This document shows, in pieces, positions 26,701-38,528 of a DNA stretch of 64,000 nt; positions within the stretch are counted from its first letter, which is position 1; every line of letters begins with the position of its first letter. Position numbers and translations under genes: made by a program. A model generated the notes under the pieces. It saw only the letters and a list, made by a program, of their open reading frames with translations, did not search any database and had not been told where the DNA came from. Source of the DNA: Sphyrna mokarran (lineage: Eukaryota); assembly GCA_024679065.1 (NCBI GenBank), contig JAGIQG010000009.1, forward strand, positions 102,114,001 to 102,178,000, in the 5' to 3' direction.

Positions 26701-28350
26701 TAATGCCACTCCTCCCCCACTTCTACCTCCTTCTCTACTCCGACTGAAGCATTTGAACCCCGGAACCTGCAACAACCATTCCTGTCCCTGCTCTACCCAA
26801 GTCTCTGAAATGGCCACAACATCGAAGTTCCAGGTACTGGTCCAAGCTGCAAGTTCCTCCACCTTATTGCGAATACTTCTTGCATTAAAGTATACGCATT
26901 TCAAACCATGCCCTACTCCACCCGTACGCTGCTGTGTTTTACAGTTCTCATCTATGACCCCCCTGTTCTCGTCCCTCTTAACATCCAAACTACTCAGGAT
27001 CCCACCCCCCCTCTGAATCAGTTTAAAGCCCCCTGCATAGCCTTTGCAAATTTTCTCCCCAAGATATTGGTTCCCCTCTGGTTCAGGTGTAGACCATCTC
27101 TCTTGTAGAGGTCCCACCTATCCCAGAATGAGTCCCAATTGTTCAGGAACCTGAACCCCTCCCTCCTGCACCATCCCCGCAGCCATGAGTTCAAACATTC
27201 CCTCTCTCTGTTCTTCTCTAAACTATCCTGTGGCACAGGCAAGAGTCCAGAGATAACCACTCTGCCAGTTTTGGCCCTAAGCTTCCACCCCAACTCCATA
27301 AATTTCTGTTTAATATCCCCTTCCCTTGTCCTACCTATATCATGTGTCCCTACATGAACTATGACTTGGGGCTGACTCCCCTCTCCCTTAAGAATCTTAA
27401 AAACCCACTCTGCGACATCCTGGACCCTGGCCCCTGGGAGGCAACACACCAGCCTTGAATCCCTTTTATTACTATTTACTCTCCTATCTGTCCCCCTAAC
27501 TATGGAGTCTCCAATTACCAAGCCCAATCTCTTATTCCCCCTACCCACCTGAGCATTAAGCATACACTAATGACGTGGAGCACTAGGATACTCGAGAAAA
27601 ATCCAATAGCAGCCCTCTTACGACTCATCCGTGTATGCCCCTTGTTGATGGACAATGAGATGGACCGAAGTACCTGTAGGATAAAACAGAAATACATCAA
27701 CATCATTCACAATTTATGCAATTCCCAGGGAACTCCCAAGGCTCATGATCCCTATTTAAAATCAATTTTCTATACCCCTCCGTTCCCATTCTGTTCATGT
27801 GCCCATCTAAGTATCTCTTAAATAACTCCAGAGTGCCTGCCTCCATCACTTTACTTGACAATGCGTTCCATATCCCCACAACCCTCTGTGTGACAAAACC
27901 CCGTCAAGCAACCAAATTATACCTTACCCCCCTCACCCTAAGTCCGTGAGCCCTCGTTATATATGATTTCAAACTAGGAAAAAGCTTACTGCTGTTTACT
28001 CTATCTATTCCCCTCATAATCTTGTACACCTCTATTACATCTCCTCTCAGTCTATGTCTTTCTAAAGAAAACAGTCCCAATTTGCCTACCTTCCTCATAA
28101 CTCAGACCTTCCATACAGGCAGCATCCTGGTAAACCTCCTCTGCACTCTCTCCAGAGTCTCCACGTCCTTCCGGTAGTAAGGCAACAAGAACTGGACACA
28201 GTATTCCAAATGAGGTCTAACCAACGATTTATATAACTGCAACATTAAAGGCCAGCTCTTGTACTCTATACCCCTTCCTATAAAGGCTAGCTTTCTTCAC
28301 AACCTTCTCCACCTACTCTGCCACCTTCAGAGACTTGTGCACCTGCACTC
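23726..28350 (-). mobile_element. Older CR1 copy (family X, long 3' UTR) split by the young CR1: parts 27551-28350 and 23726-24038
   Basis: Both parts are collinear with the + strand copy at 30560-31731; its 3' UTR is interrupted after GTATGCTTAA. Confidence 0.85.
24039..27550 (-). mobile_element. Young CR1-clade LINE (HER1-like), 5'-truncated in ORF1: SGNH esterase ORF1 remnant, ORF2 APE plus RT with one in-frame stop
   Basis: GDSIVRG esterase motif; CVYFNARS, ETW and GDFN endonuclease motifs; NYRPVSLTS, DFSKAFD, GVPQGSVLGP and LADD RT motifs; (TTCTATG)n tail at 24039-24061. Confidence 0.95.
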
Positions 28351-28624
28351 CCAGGTCCCTTGAACTTGAAGCTCTTGATCATTTTCACTTCATCCCTGTT
28401 GATGTGGACAGAGGTATGTCCTCTTTCTTGAAGTTGGTGACTTTTTCCTTCATTTTGTTGACATTGAGGGAGGGATTATTTTCACCACACCAATTCACCA
28501 GACTACACCAAATGTAATAGGTAATCACTTGTTTTCAAAGCTGTTTAGGAACATTATGGTAGTCAGTGGTTTGATGCTGTTTAGTAGCAATGAATAAAAT
28601 ATATATGGAAAACATTGCATTATA

Positions 28625-28975
28625 AGAACAAAAACAGAAAACGCTGGAAAATCTCAGCAGATCTGACAGCATCAGTGGACTGAGAAGCAGAATTCTCTGG
28701 CTGTTCATGCCTCGCCAGCGAGAATGGAGAATTTGGCTGAATCTCCATTCACTGCAGTGGGACTGGAGAATCTCAACCACGGGCAAGATTGGAGAATTCT
28801 GGCCAGGAGCTAACATTTTAACTCTGGATGATTTTTCATCATGAGCTCTGAAGAGTCACTCAGACTTGAAACATTAGCTCTGCTCGCTCTGCACAGATGC
28901 TGGCTGACCTGCTGAGATTTTCCAGTATTTTCTGTTTTTGTTCAGATTCCAGCATCTGCAGTAATTTGCTTTTAT
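28625..28975. mobile_element. Second family of fold-back Penelope-type termini, with a small inverted-repeat element nested at ~28685-28805
   Basis: AACAAAAACAGAAAACGCTGGAAAATCTCAGCAG is inverted relative to CTGCTGAGATTTTCCAGTATTTTCTGTTTTTGTT; related pieces at ~130-265, 22290-22390 and 29090-29175. Confidence 0.55.
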
Positions 28976-29242
28976 ATTCCATTAGTGGGCTTTGTTTGTT
29001 GAAAGTGTTCAGTAGCATGAAGGCAGAGAAACCATGTCAACTTATTGGTAACTCCTGAGACAATAGGCCATAAACCAAAGATCTAGAATTCTGAAGAGTC
29101 ATTCAGGTTCAAAACGTTAATTCTATTTCCCTCTCCATGGATACTGCCAGACCTGCTGAGTTTATCCAGCATTTCAAACACAGGAATTCATTAAGATTAT
29201 GGCTTATGTGATTGTGATCTCAACTCCAATTTGGATTTTCCA

Positions 29243-29570
29243 GAGCAGCACAGTGGCACAATGGTTAGCTCTGTTGCCTCACAGTGTCAGGGACCTGGGT
29301 CTGATTCCGGCCTCACTATCTGTGAGGAGTTTGCACATTCTCTCCATGTCTTCACGGATTTCCTCCAGGTGCTTGGCTTTCCTCCCACAGTCCAAAGATG
29401 TGCAGATTAGGTTGATTGGCCATACTAAATTGACCTGAGGTTGGGGGGATTAGCGAAGTAAATATACAGGGTTACCGGATTAGGGGCTGGGTGAGATTGT
29501 GGTTGATACAGACTCAATAGGCTAAATGACCTCCTTCTGCAGTGTAGGGATTCTACTATTCTGTTCTGTG
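29243..29570 (+). mobile_element. V-SINE (HE1-like)
   Basis: Same structure as 22464-22803. Confidence 0.85.
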
Positions 29571-30559
29571 ATACCTATCTGTCCCCCCATAACCACGACA
29601 TTAACAGCTGCAGTAAAATATCCCTAGTGTTATATTCAGTTATCTTGACAGTAAATGCCAACATTCTGTTTGCTGTACCAGAATCCCTGTATTTCACTGT
29701 GTTTTGCAATCCCTCTCATTAATTAGCATACAAATTTTCTATTTTTCCTGGGCAACATTCCCAAAACAAAAAGCAAATGCAGGAATTATTAGAACCTAAG
29801 ACCAGGAGGATACTATTTAGACCCTCAAACCTATTACAGTTTCCCATTCCAGATTTGCCCCATACCCGTAAAACATTTGAACAACAAACATCTGTTAATT
29901 TCTGATTTTTGCAGAAGAGAGTTCCAACTTTCTGTGGAGGGACACAAGCCAGTTGGATTTTTGGGTATAGAGTATTTATTGCCCATCCCTAATTGCCCTT
30001 GAGAAGGTGGTGGTGAGCTGCCTTTTCAAATGGTTGCAGTCCACGTGCTGTGGATTTATACCCAATTACATTAGGGAGGGAATTCCAGGATTTTGACCCA
30101 GCAACTGTGAAGGAATGTGTATTATAAGAATTGCTAGTTCCAGATGCTTGGATTAATAATTCTGAGGATGAGGATTTCAATCTCACTGTGGCCATTTGAA
30201 AATTTGTATTTGATTTCAGGAGGTGGCAATCAAAAGTGGGTATCAGTGATAGTCAATATGAATTCATAACATAACTGCTTCATCATTCCCTGTCTGGATT
30301 TATATATAACTGCAGTCTCTCAATAGCATGATTCACTCTGAATTGCGCTCTGAAGCCACTCAAACATATCAAATCTCAAACCGCTAGCACTGTCTTCAGA
30401 CAACTAGAGATTGGCAATAATTACTCAGGCCCCAAGAATAGGACAATTGTCTCCAAACTGAAAAATAATAGAGATGATAGAGCAATTACCAAGAGATAGG
30501 ACAAGAGAAATGTGAGAAAATGCACTTATAGGGTAACACCAGAGTTTGTTAAATGAAGC

Positions 30560-31731
30560 ACAGGAGAAAGAATGTAGGGGAGAGGTATATGACAAAGGGT
30601 AGAACTATTAAGAATATAGAAACGCAGAGGGACCTGGGGGGTGCAGGTCCACAAGTCTCTGAAGGTGACAGACAGGTGGAGAAGGTTGTGAAGAAAGCAT
30701 ATGGTACGTTAGCCTTTATAGGAAGGAGTATGGAGTACAAGAGCTGGCCTTTAATGTTGCAATTGTATAAAACGTTGGTTAGACCTCATTTCTGGTACTG
30801 CGTTCAGTTCTTGTCACCTTACTACTGGAAGGACGTGGAGACTCTGGAGAGAATGCAGAGGAGGTTTACCAAGATGCTGCCTGGTATGGAAGGTCTGAGT
30901 TACGAGGAAGGTAGGCAAATTGGGGCTGTTTTCCTTAGAAGGATGTAGACTTAGAGGAGATCTAATAGAGGTGTACAAGATTATGAGGGGTATAGATAGA
31001 GTAAATAGGGTTAAGCTTTTTCCTAGGATGGACTCAAATAGCACGAGGGGTCATGGGCTTAGGGTGAGGGGGGTAAGGTACAATTTGGATGCTAGAGGGA
31101 GTTTTTTCACACAGAGAGTGGTGGGGGTATGGAATGACTTCCAAATAAAGTAGTGGAGGCAGGCACTCTGGAGTTATTTCAGAGATACTCAGATGGGCAC
31201 ATGAACAGATGGGAATGGAGGGATAGAAAACTGATTTAAAATAGGGATCATGATGATGATATTGAGTGTTTTTATCGTACAGGTGCGTCGGTCCGCCTTG
31301 TTGTCTGACAAGGGGCATATACGCAATGGGTCATGAGAGGGCTGCTCTTGGATTTTTCGAGAGTATCCTAGTGCTTCACGTCGTTAGTGTATGCTTAACC
31401 TGGACCATTTGATGGGCAACACGACAGCTCAGTGACAATCGCTGTGCTGTGTAGATACATGGATTTGGGCCTGTGTCTGTGGGAGTTTGCGCATTCTCCC
31501 CGTGCTTGCGTGGGTTTTCTCCGGGTGCTCCGGTTTCCTCCCACATCCCAAAGATGTGCTCTTAGGCTAATTGGCAGAACAAATTCTCCCTAAATTGTCT
31601 CAAATTTGGTTTTAATCCATAGATCTATAAGCATAGACGAGGATCACGGGGAGAAGTTGGAACATCGAGGTGGCGGTGCAGGCTCATTGGGCTGAAGGCC
31701 CTGTTTCCCGTGCTGTTTTGTCCTTTGTTCT
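30560..31731 (+). mobile_element. CR1 family X 3' fragment (left boundary of the triplication)
   Basis: RT C-terminal motifs KAYGTLAFI, LVRPH, LFSLE, then a long 3' UTR ending in TTGTTCT repeats. Confidence 0.9.
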
Positions 31732-32607
31732 AGATTGCTAAATGTCAGAGTGATTTAGTTACTAGGTGGGTGATGTAATAACTAGTGAATGCCTCTCCAT
31801 TCTCAATACACAGGTCTTGGTTTTCTTTTATTTATTGAAGCCAATGGAAATTAGGATTGGGAGAGTTTTTTCTCATTCATTTGTCGGAAATAAGCATTAC
31901 TGGCTGGCCAGCATTTATTACCCATTCCTAATTGCTCTTGAGAAGGTGTAGTGAGCTGCCTTCTTGAACTGCTGCAGTTCACGTGCTGTGGATTTTCCCA
32001 TTAGGGAGGGAATTCCAGGATTTTGAGCCAGCAACTGAGATGGAACAGTGAAATATTTCCAAGTCAGGATAGTGAGTGGCTTGGAGGGAAACTTGCAGGT
32101 GGTGGTGTTGCTATATATTTGCTCCCCTTCTAGATGAAAGTGGTCTTCAGTTGGAAGGTGCTTTCTAAGGATTTTTGGTGAATTTCTGTTGAGTGGATCA
32201 CTAACACTGGTTTTAAAGTACCAATATTATATAAAGTCAAGTTCAACATGAAAATGCCTTTGATTTTTATCTCAGATTTTCAGATTGTTGCAGGCTTTAA
32301 TGTCAGACTTTTAATTGATCACAAGCTTACTCTTCATGTAACAAGCTGAGTAATAGAGTTCTCTTAAACAGTTATTTTAATACAAACTATAACAAGGACA
32401 TAGGGAGGGTACAGTTCACATCCCTGTAGCTAGCCAAAAGTGGTACATTCCAAGATACAAAGGCAATTAAAGTTTTCAAAATCGATTACAAGTAATTAGC
32501 ATAAACTAATCATAATCACTTTAAACTTGCTTCATTATAATATCCAATCAGTAAGAAAACTTCATGGTACAGCTCATTTCTGTATCTGTGGATCACTCCC
32601 ATTTTCT

Positions 32608-35423
32608 TTCCAAAAATATACTTTATTCATAAATTTCAAATAAACCATTTCAAAATTACATGTCTTGAATTGCAAAAGCAGTGCAGAATCCAAACGTTCA
32701 TACAGTTCTATACAAAGTGCATTCAAATCATTTCAAAACTTACTAACTCTACATGCCCCAAAAACCGCCGTGTACCGCCACTGCTCAGACCGGCGCACAG
32801 CAACCCCCTATTCCCAAAAAATATACTTTATTCATACAAACTCAAACAATCCTTCAAATTACATGAGTTTGTATTGCAAACAGTGCAGAACTAAAACAAA
32901 AACTTTTAAAATAATTCTACACAAATTACAATCATAACATGTCAGAACTTACAAATGTACACATGCTCAAAAATTACTGTGTGCCATTGTTGTTCAGATT
33001 GGCACAGTTACGCAGGCCGAGGGTATTCTGCAGTTCCCTCTGCAGGGCCTTGGATCTGCCTTTGTTAAAAGGCCTTATAGTGTGACCTTTTCCCATTGTG
33101 CCTTTGCGGCAGCTGTCCCAAGCTTCAGTGCCTCCCTCGCACGTAGTCCTGGACCTTGGAGTGTGCCAGTCTGCAACACTCGGTCGAGGACAGTTCTTTC
33201 AACTGGAAGATCAGCAAGTTTCAGGTGGACCAAAGTGCGTTCTTCACTGAGTTGATGACCTTCCAGCAGTAGTTGATATTCGTCTTGGTGTGTGAACCCG
33301 GAAACAGCCCGTAGAGCACAGAGTCCTGTGTCGTCAAGCTGATTGGGATGAACCTCGACAAATACCACTGCATCTCACTCCAGACTTCTTTGAAAGGCAC
33401 ATTCCACAAGGAGGTGTGCGACTGTCTCATCAGCCCAGCAGCCGCTTCGACAGCAGCGTGCGGTGCTGTTGAGACCTGGAGTGTGCATAAAGGATCTGAT
33501 GGGGAGTGCCCTTCTCACCAGCAGCCAAGCCAGATCTTGGTGCTTGTTTGTAAGTTCTGGTGATGAGGTGTTCTGCCAGATGACACTGACAGTTTGCTCA
33601 GGGAACCATCCGACAGGGTCCATCATCTCCTTTTCTCTCAGGACCTTAAGGACATTACGTGCTAACCACTGCTTAGTCGCCATGTAGTCAAAGGTGTGTT
33701 TGTGGAAACATTTCTCCGCGAAGGACAGGTGCTGTGGTACAGTCCAACGACTCGGAGCGTTCTGCAGCAGTGTGGCCAGACCCATTCCCCGTAATACTTG
33801 GGATAGGTACAACATCAAAAAGTAACGGCACTTGCTGTTGGTGTACCGAGGATCTACGCACAGCTTGATGCAGTCACACACAAAGGTGGCCATCAGGATG
33901 AGAGTGGCGTTGGGAACATTTTTCCCTCTGTTCTCTGGAGATTTGTGCATCGCCTCCCTCTGGACGCAATTCATCTTGGATCCCCAGATGAACTTGAAGA
34001 TGGCCTGCGTCACTGCTGCAGCACAGTATCTGGGGATAGGCCACACCTGCACCATGTACAACAACACGGACAGCACCTCGCACCGGATCACCAGTTTTTC
34101 CCTGTGATGGAGAGGGAGTGTAACTCCCACCAGCCCAATTTCTTCCTGGCTTTCGCGATGCGCTCGTCCCAGTTTTCAGTGCATGCCCCTGCCGCTCCAA
34201 ACCATATCCCCAGTACCTTGGATTTGTCTGCCCAGTTCCCAAAGAACATGGTCTTGTTCTTACCTGGTTGACTTGGCTCCTGAGGCCAGCTCGAACTGCT
34301 CACAGACCTGGAGGAGCCTGCGAACAGACGAACGGTCCGAGCAGACAGCCACGTCATCCATGTACAGGGAGGCTTTAACCTGTGTGCCTCCGCTGCCTGG
34401 GATTGTCACCTCTTTGATGCCTGGGTCGCTTCTTAGGGCCTCAGCAAGGGTTCAATGCAACACACAAAAAGGACGGAGGAGAGAGGGCAGCCCTGTCTGA
34501 CTCCAGACCTGATTTGGAAGCTATCTGACTCCCACCCATTGACTGAAACTGCGCTACTGATGTATGTGTAGAGCAGCTGGATCCAATTGCGGATACCCTC
34601 CCTGAAACCCATTTTGGAGAGCACATCCATCCTGTTGCGATGCGAAATTCTGTCAAACGCCTTCTCCTGGTCTAGGCTGATGAGGCAAGTATCCACCCGC
34701 CTGTCCTGCACGTAGGCGATTGTATCCCCGAGTAGTGTGAGGGTATCAGAGATCTTCCTGCCGGGTACAGCACAGGTTTGATCAGAATGGATCACTGACC
34801 CCAGAGCAGATTTGACCCGGTTGGCTAGATGATTTTGGCTAGAATTTTGTAATCCGTGTTCAATAGTGAAATGGGTCGCCAATTTCTAATTTCTTCCCTT
34901 TCCCCCTTTGCTTGTAGATGAAGGTGATGATGATGCCTTTCCTCATGGATTCTGACATCCTGACTTCCAGAAGCATACTCTCGTATACTTCCAGGAGGTC
35001 TGGGCCCGTCAAGTCCCACAACGCCGAGTAAAACTCAGCCGGTAAGCCATCCCTTCCAGGAGTTTTACCCTTCTGAAGGGACTCGACGGCCTTCGTCACT
35101 TTGTCCAGAGATACCGGTCTGTCCAAGTCTGACCGGTCTAAGAACTGCGCGATAGACAACAGGAAAGACTGGAGGCCGTGCTGTCTGTTCGCTTCAGGTC
35201 GTACAGTCCGGCATAGAAGGATTTCCAGATCCTCAGAATGTCAGAGTGTGATGACCTTACCGAGCCGTCTTCTTCCTTCAGGCTGCTGATCATAGAGGTT
35301 TCTCTGTGTACCTTCTGGAAGAAGAAACACAAGCACTTTTCATCCTGTTCCACAGAGGGGACGCTGGACCGGAAGATGAACTTGGCAGCCTCCGAGGCAA
35401 ACAGCGAGGCTTGCTGGCTCTTC
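32608..35423 (-). mobile_element. Tx1-clade (L1 group) LINE, 5'-truncated and frameshifted, copy A
   Basis: KTPGRDGLPAEFY, NWRPISLLN, DQEKAFD, GVRQGCPLS, YMDD, C-terminal CCHC; AATAAA and A-rich tail; TSD ATCACTCCCATTTTCT at 32592-32607 and 35424-35439. Confidence 0.92.
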
Positions 35424-35876
35424 ATCACTCCCATTTTCTAATTACAGATGTCTGATTTATGTGCTTTGCCAGACTAAAGACCTTGTTGTCTGTCTGTGAT
35501 GACTCTTATAAGAAGACCTTTGTTTTTCAGCCTGTGCGATTTTTAAACTTCTGTGACTACTAACCCTTCCACAGACCATTCTATTCCTTTCCCCGTGTGG
35601 GATTACTGTGTATTCTATTTCCCTCCCCCTTGTTCTCTTTCTATTCAATGCTGCACTTTCTACAATATCTCAGCAGTAATACGGCTTCCTCTGGGAGCTC
35701 CAGTTTCCTCCCACAGCCTGAGAAACATGCTGGTTAGGTGCACTGCCCATGCTAAATTCTCCACTTGTCTCAGTTCACTCCCATTTCTCCTTTTGTGCAG
35801 AGTTTAATTTATTGGTGGGAGAAACACTGTCAAATGTGACTGAAAACTAATTCACTTTTCCTTTCTGTTCATGCAG

Positions 35877-36269
35877 CCTCAGGAAGCAGTCTTACAGTGA
35901 CAGTCCATCAGACAGAAGTGAATGGAACAGTGAAGCAGTCTGTCCTTCTCCCTTTACGCTACTCCACTTCTACAAACTACTCCATTTTAAGGTTATACTG
36001 GAGTTTATTTCCCAGAAACACTCCATTTGTGAAGCTGACCCGATCAAACTGCTCTCCAGACCCTGACGGATCTGGGTATAACTGTTCAGATCGCCTGATG
36101 ATAACTCCTTCCTACCGGGACCGAATTCACCTCCATCCAGAGAATGGATCCTTGTTACTGTGGAATGTACAGTCCAATGATAGCGGCATCTATGTGTTCT
36201 CTGTTTATGATGATGATGCGGGCGCAATCAGGAAAGGCAATGTGACTCTAACAGTCTATAACAGAACAG
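35877..36269 (+). CDS. Ig V-set exon copy 1 (CD2/SLAM/CEACAM-N/HEPACAM-like, no B-F disulfide)
   Basis: Branch-like AACTAAT, polypyrimidine tract and CAG acceptor; AG|GTAAGA donor; 393 nt, phase 1-1, open; motifs VNGTVKQSVLLP, W in strand C, YRDRIHLHPENGSLLL, DSGIY, GNVTLTV. Confidence 0.9.
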
Positions 36270-36589
36270 GTAAGAATTCACAATCTCCTTATTAAACTTT
36301 TCCTTCCAGAAAGGGGATTCTGGGAAATTAGTTAAAACTGTTTCAAACTACTGAAGTTCCCGAAAGGCCTTCAGTAAGATACCAGATATGAGCTTGATGA
36401 GAAATGTGAGAAGATATGGGGCAGGTGTGTAAAATGTCTTTCCCACCTCCTACCGTGGCTGAAATGAGAATTCTCCTCCATGAACTGATCACATACAATC
36501 ATACCACTGGGCCGCCGCTCGCCAAGGGCCGGGCCGCCGCTCGCCGAGGGCCGGGCCGCCGCTCGCCGAGGGCCGGGCCGCCGCTCGCC

Positions 36590-37652
36590 AAGGAATACAA
36601 GTATAGGTATCTAGATGGATAAGTAACTGGCTTGGTAATAGGAGAAAGAGAGTAATAGTGTAGGGTGTTTTTCTAGCTGGAGGTTGGTCAATAGTGGTGT
36701 GCTGCAGGGCTTGGTACTGGGACCTCTTCTATTTGTAATATATATAAATGACTTGGAGGAGGGAGTAAGTGGAGTGATCAGCAAGTTTGCTGATGACATA
36801 AAGATGACTGGACTTGCGGATAGTGAGGAGTTTTGTCAGGTGATGCAGCAGCACATAGATAGGCTGGTAGCTTGGGCAGATAGATGGCAGATGGAATTCA
36901 ATCCTGATAAATGTGAGGTGATGCATTTCAGGAGAAAGAATGTAGGGGAGAGGTATATGATAAAGGGTAGACCTATTAAGAGTATAGAAACGCAGAGGGA
37001 CCTGGGGGTGCAAGTCTTTGAAGGTGGCAAAGCAAGTGGAGAAGGTTGTGAAGAAAGCATATGGTATGCTAACCTTTATAGGAAGGGGCATAGAGTACAA
37101 GAGCTGTTTAAAGTTGTAGTTGTATAAAACATTGGTTAGACCTCATTTGGAATACTGCGTCTAGTTCTGGTCGCCTTACTACTAGAAGGACATGGAGACT
37201 CTGGAGAGAGTGCAGAGGAGGTTTACGAAGATGCTGCCTGGTATGGAAGGGTCATGAGAGGGCTGCTCTTGGACTTTTCGAGAGTATCCTAGTGCTTCAC
37301 GTCGTTAGTGTATGCTTAACCTGGACCATTTGATGGGCAACACGACAGCTCAGTGACTATCGCTGTGCTGTGCAGATACATGGATTTGGGCCTGTGTCTG
37401 TGGGAGTTTGCATATTCTCCCTGTGCTTGCGTGGGTTTTCTCTGGGTGCTCCGGTTTCCTCCCACATCCCAAAGATGTGCTCTTAGGCTAATTGGCAGAA
37501 CAAATTCTCCCTAAATTGTCTCAAATTTGGTTTTAATCCATAGATCTATAAACATAGACAAGGATCACGGGGAGAAGTTGGAACATCGAGGTGGCGGTGC
37601 AGGCTCATTGGGCTGAAGGCCCTGTTTCCCGTGCTGTTTTGTTCTTTGTTCT
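36590..37652 (+). mobile_element. Chimeric CR1 family X copy at junction A/B (~430 bp missing)
   Basis: RT fragment (SGVLQGLVLGP, FADD) joined directly to the 3' UTR at 37250. Confidence 0.85.
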
Positions 37653-38528
37653 AGATTGCTAAATGTCAGAGTGATTTAGTTACTAGGTGGGTGATGTAAT
37701 AACTAGTGAATGCCTCTCCATTCTCAATACGCAGGTCTTGGTTTTCTTTTATTTATTGAAGCCAATGGAAATTAGGATTGGGAGAGTTTTTTCTCATTCA
37801 TTTGTGGGACATAGGCATTACTGGCTGGCCAGCATTTATTACCCATCCCTAATTGCTCTTGAGAAGGTGTAGTGAGCTGCCTTCTTGAACTGCTGCAGTT
37901 CACATGCTGTGGACTTTCCCATTAGGGAGGGAATTCCAGGATTTTGAGCCAGCAACTGAGATGGAACAGCGAAATATTTCCAAGTCAGGATAGTGAGTGG
38001 CTTGGAGGGAAACTTGCAGGTGGTGGTGTTGCTATATATTTGCTCCCCTTCTAGATGAAAGTGGTCTTCAGTTGGAAGGTGCTTTCTAAGGATTTTTGGT
38101 GAATTTCTGTTGAGTGGATCACTAACACTGGTTTTAAAGTACCAATATTATATAAAGTCAAGTTCAACATGAAAATGCCTTTGATTTTTATCTCAGATTT
38201 TCAGATTGTTGCAGGCTTTAATGTCAGACTTTTAATTGATCACAAGCTTACTCTTCATGTAACAAGCTGAGTAATAGAGTTCTCTTAAACAGTTATTTTA
38301 ATACAAACTATAACAAGGACATAGGGAGGGTACAGTTCACATCCCTGTAGCTAGCCAAAAGTGGTACATTCCAAGATACAAAGGCAATTAAAGTTTTCAA
38401 AATCGATTACAAGTAATTAGCATAAACTAATCACAATCACTTTAAACTTGCTTCATTATAATATCCAATCAGTAAGAAAACTTCATGGTACAGCTCATTT
38501 CTGTATCTGTGGATCACTCCCATTTTCT

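Noticed and set aside
35897-36295. Stand-alone 132-aa secreted protein as given in the ORF track
   Set aside because: It starts at GTG and its last residues (GKNSQSPY) read through a strong splice donor; it is an internal exon
35780-36330. RAG recombination signal sequences around the V exons (CACTGTC upstream, CACAATC downstream)
   Set aside because: No nonamer at 12/23 spacing; each exon already encodes strand G and ends in a splice donor, so these are not rearranging Ig/TCR segments
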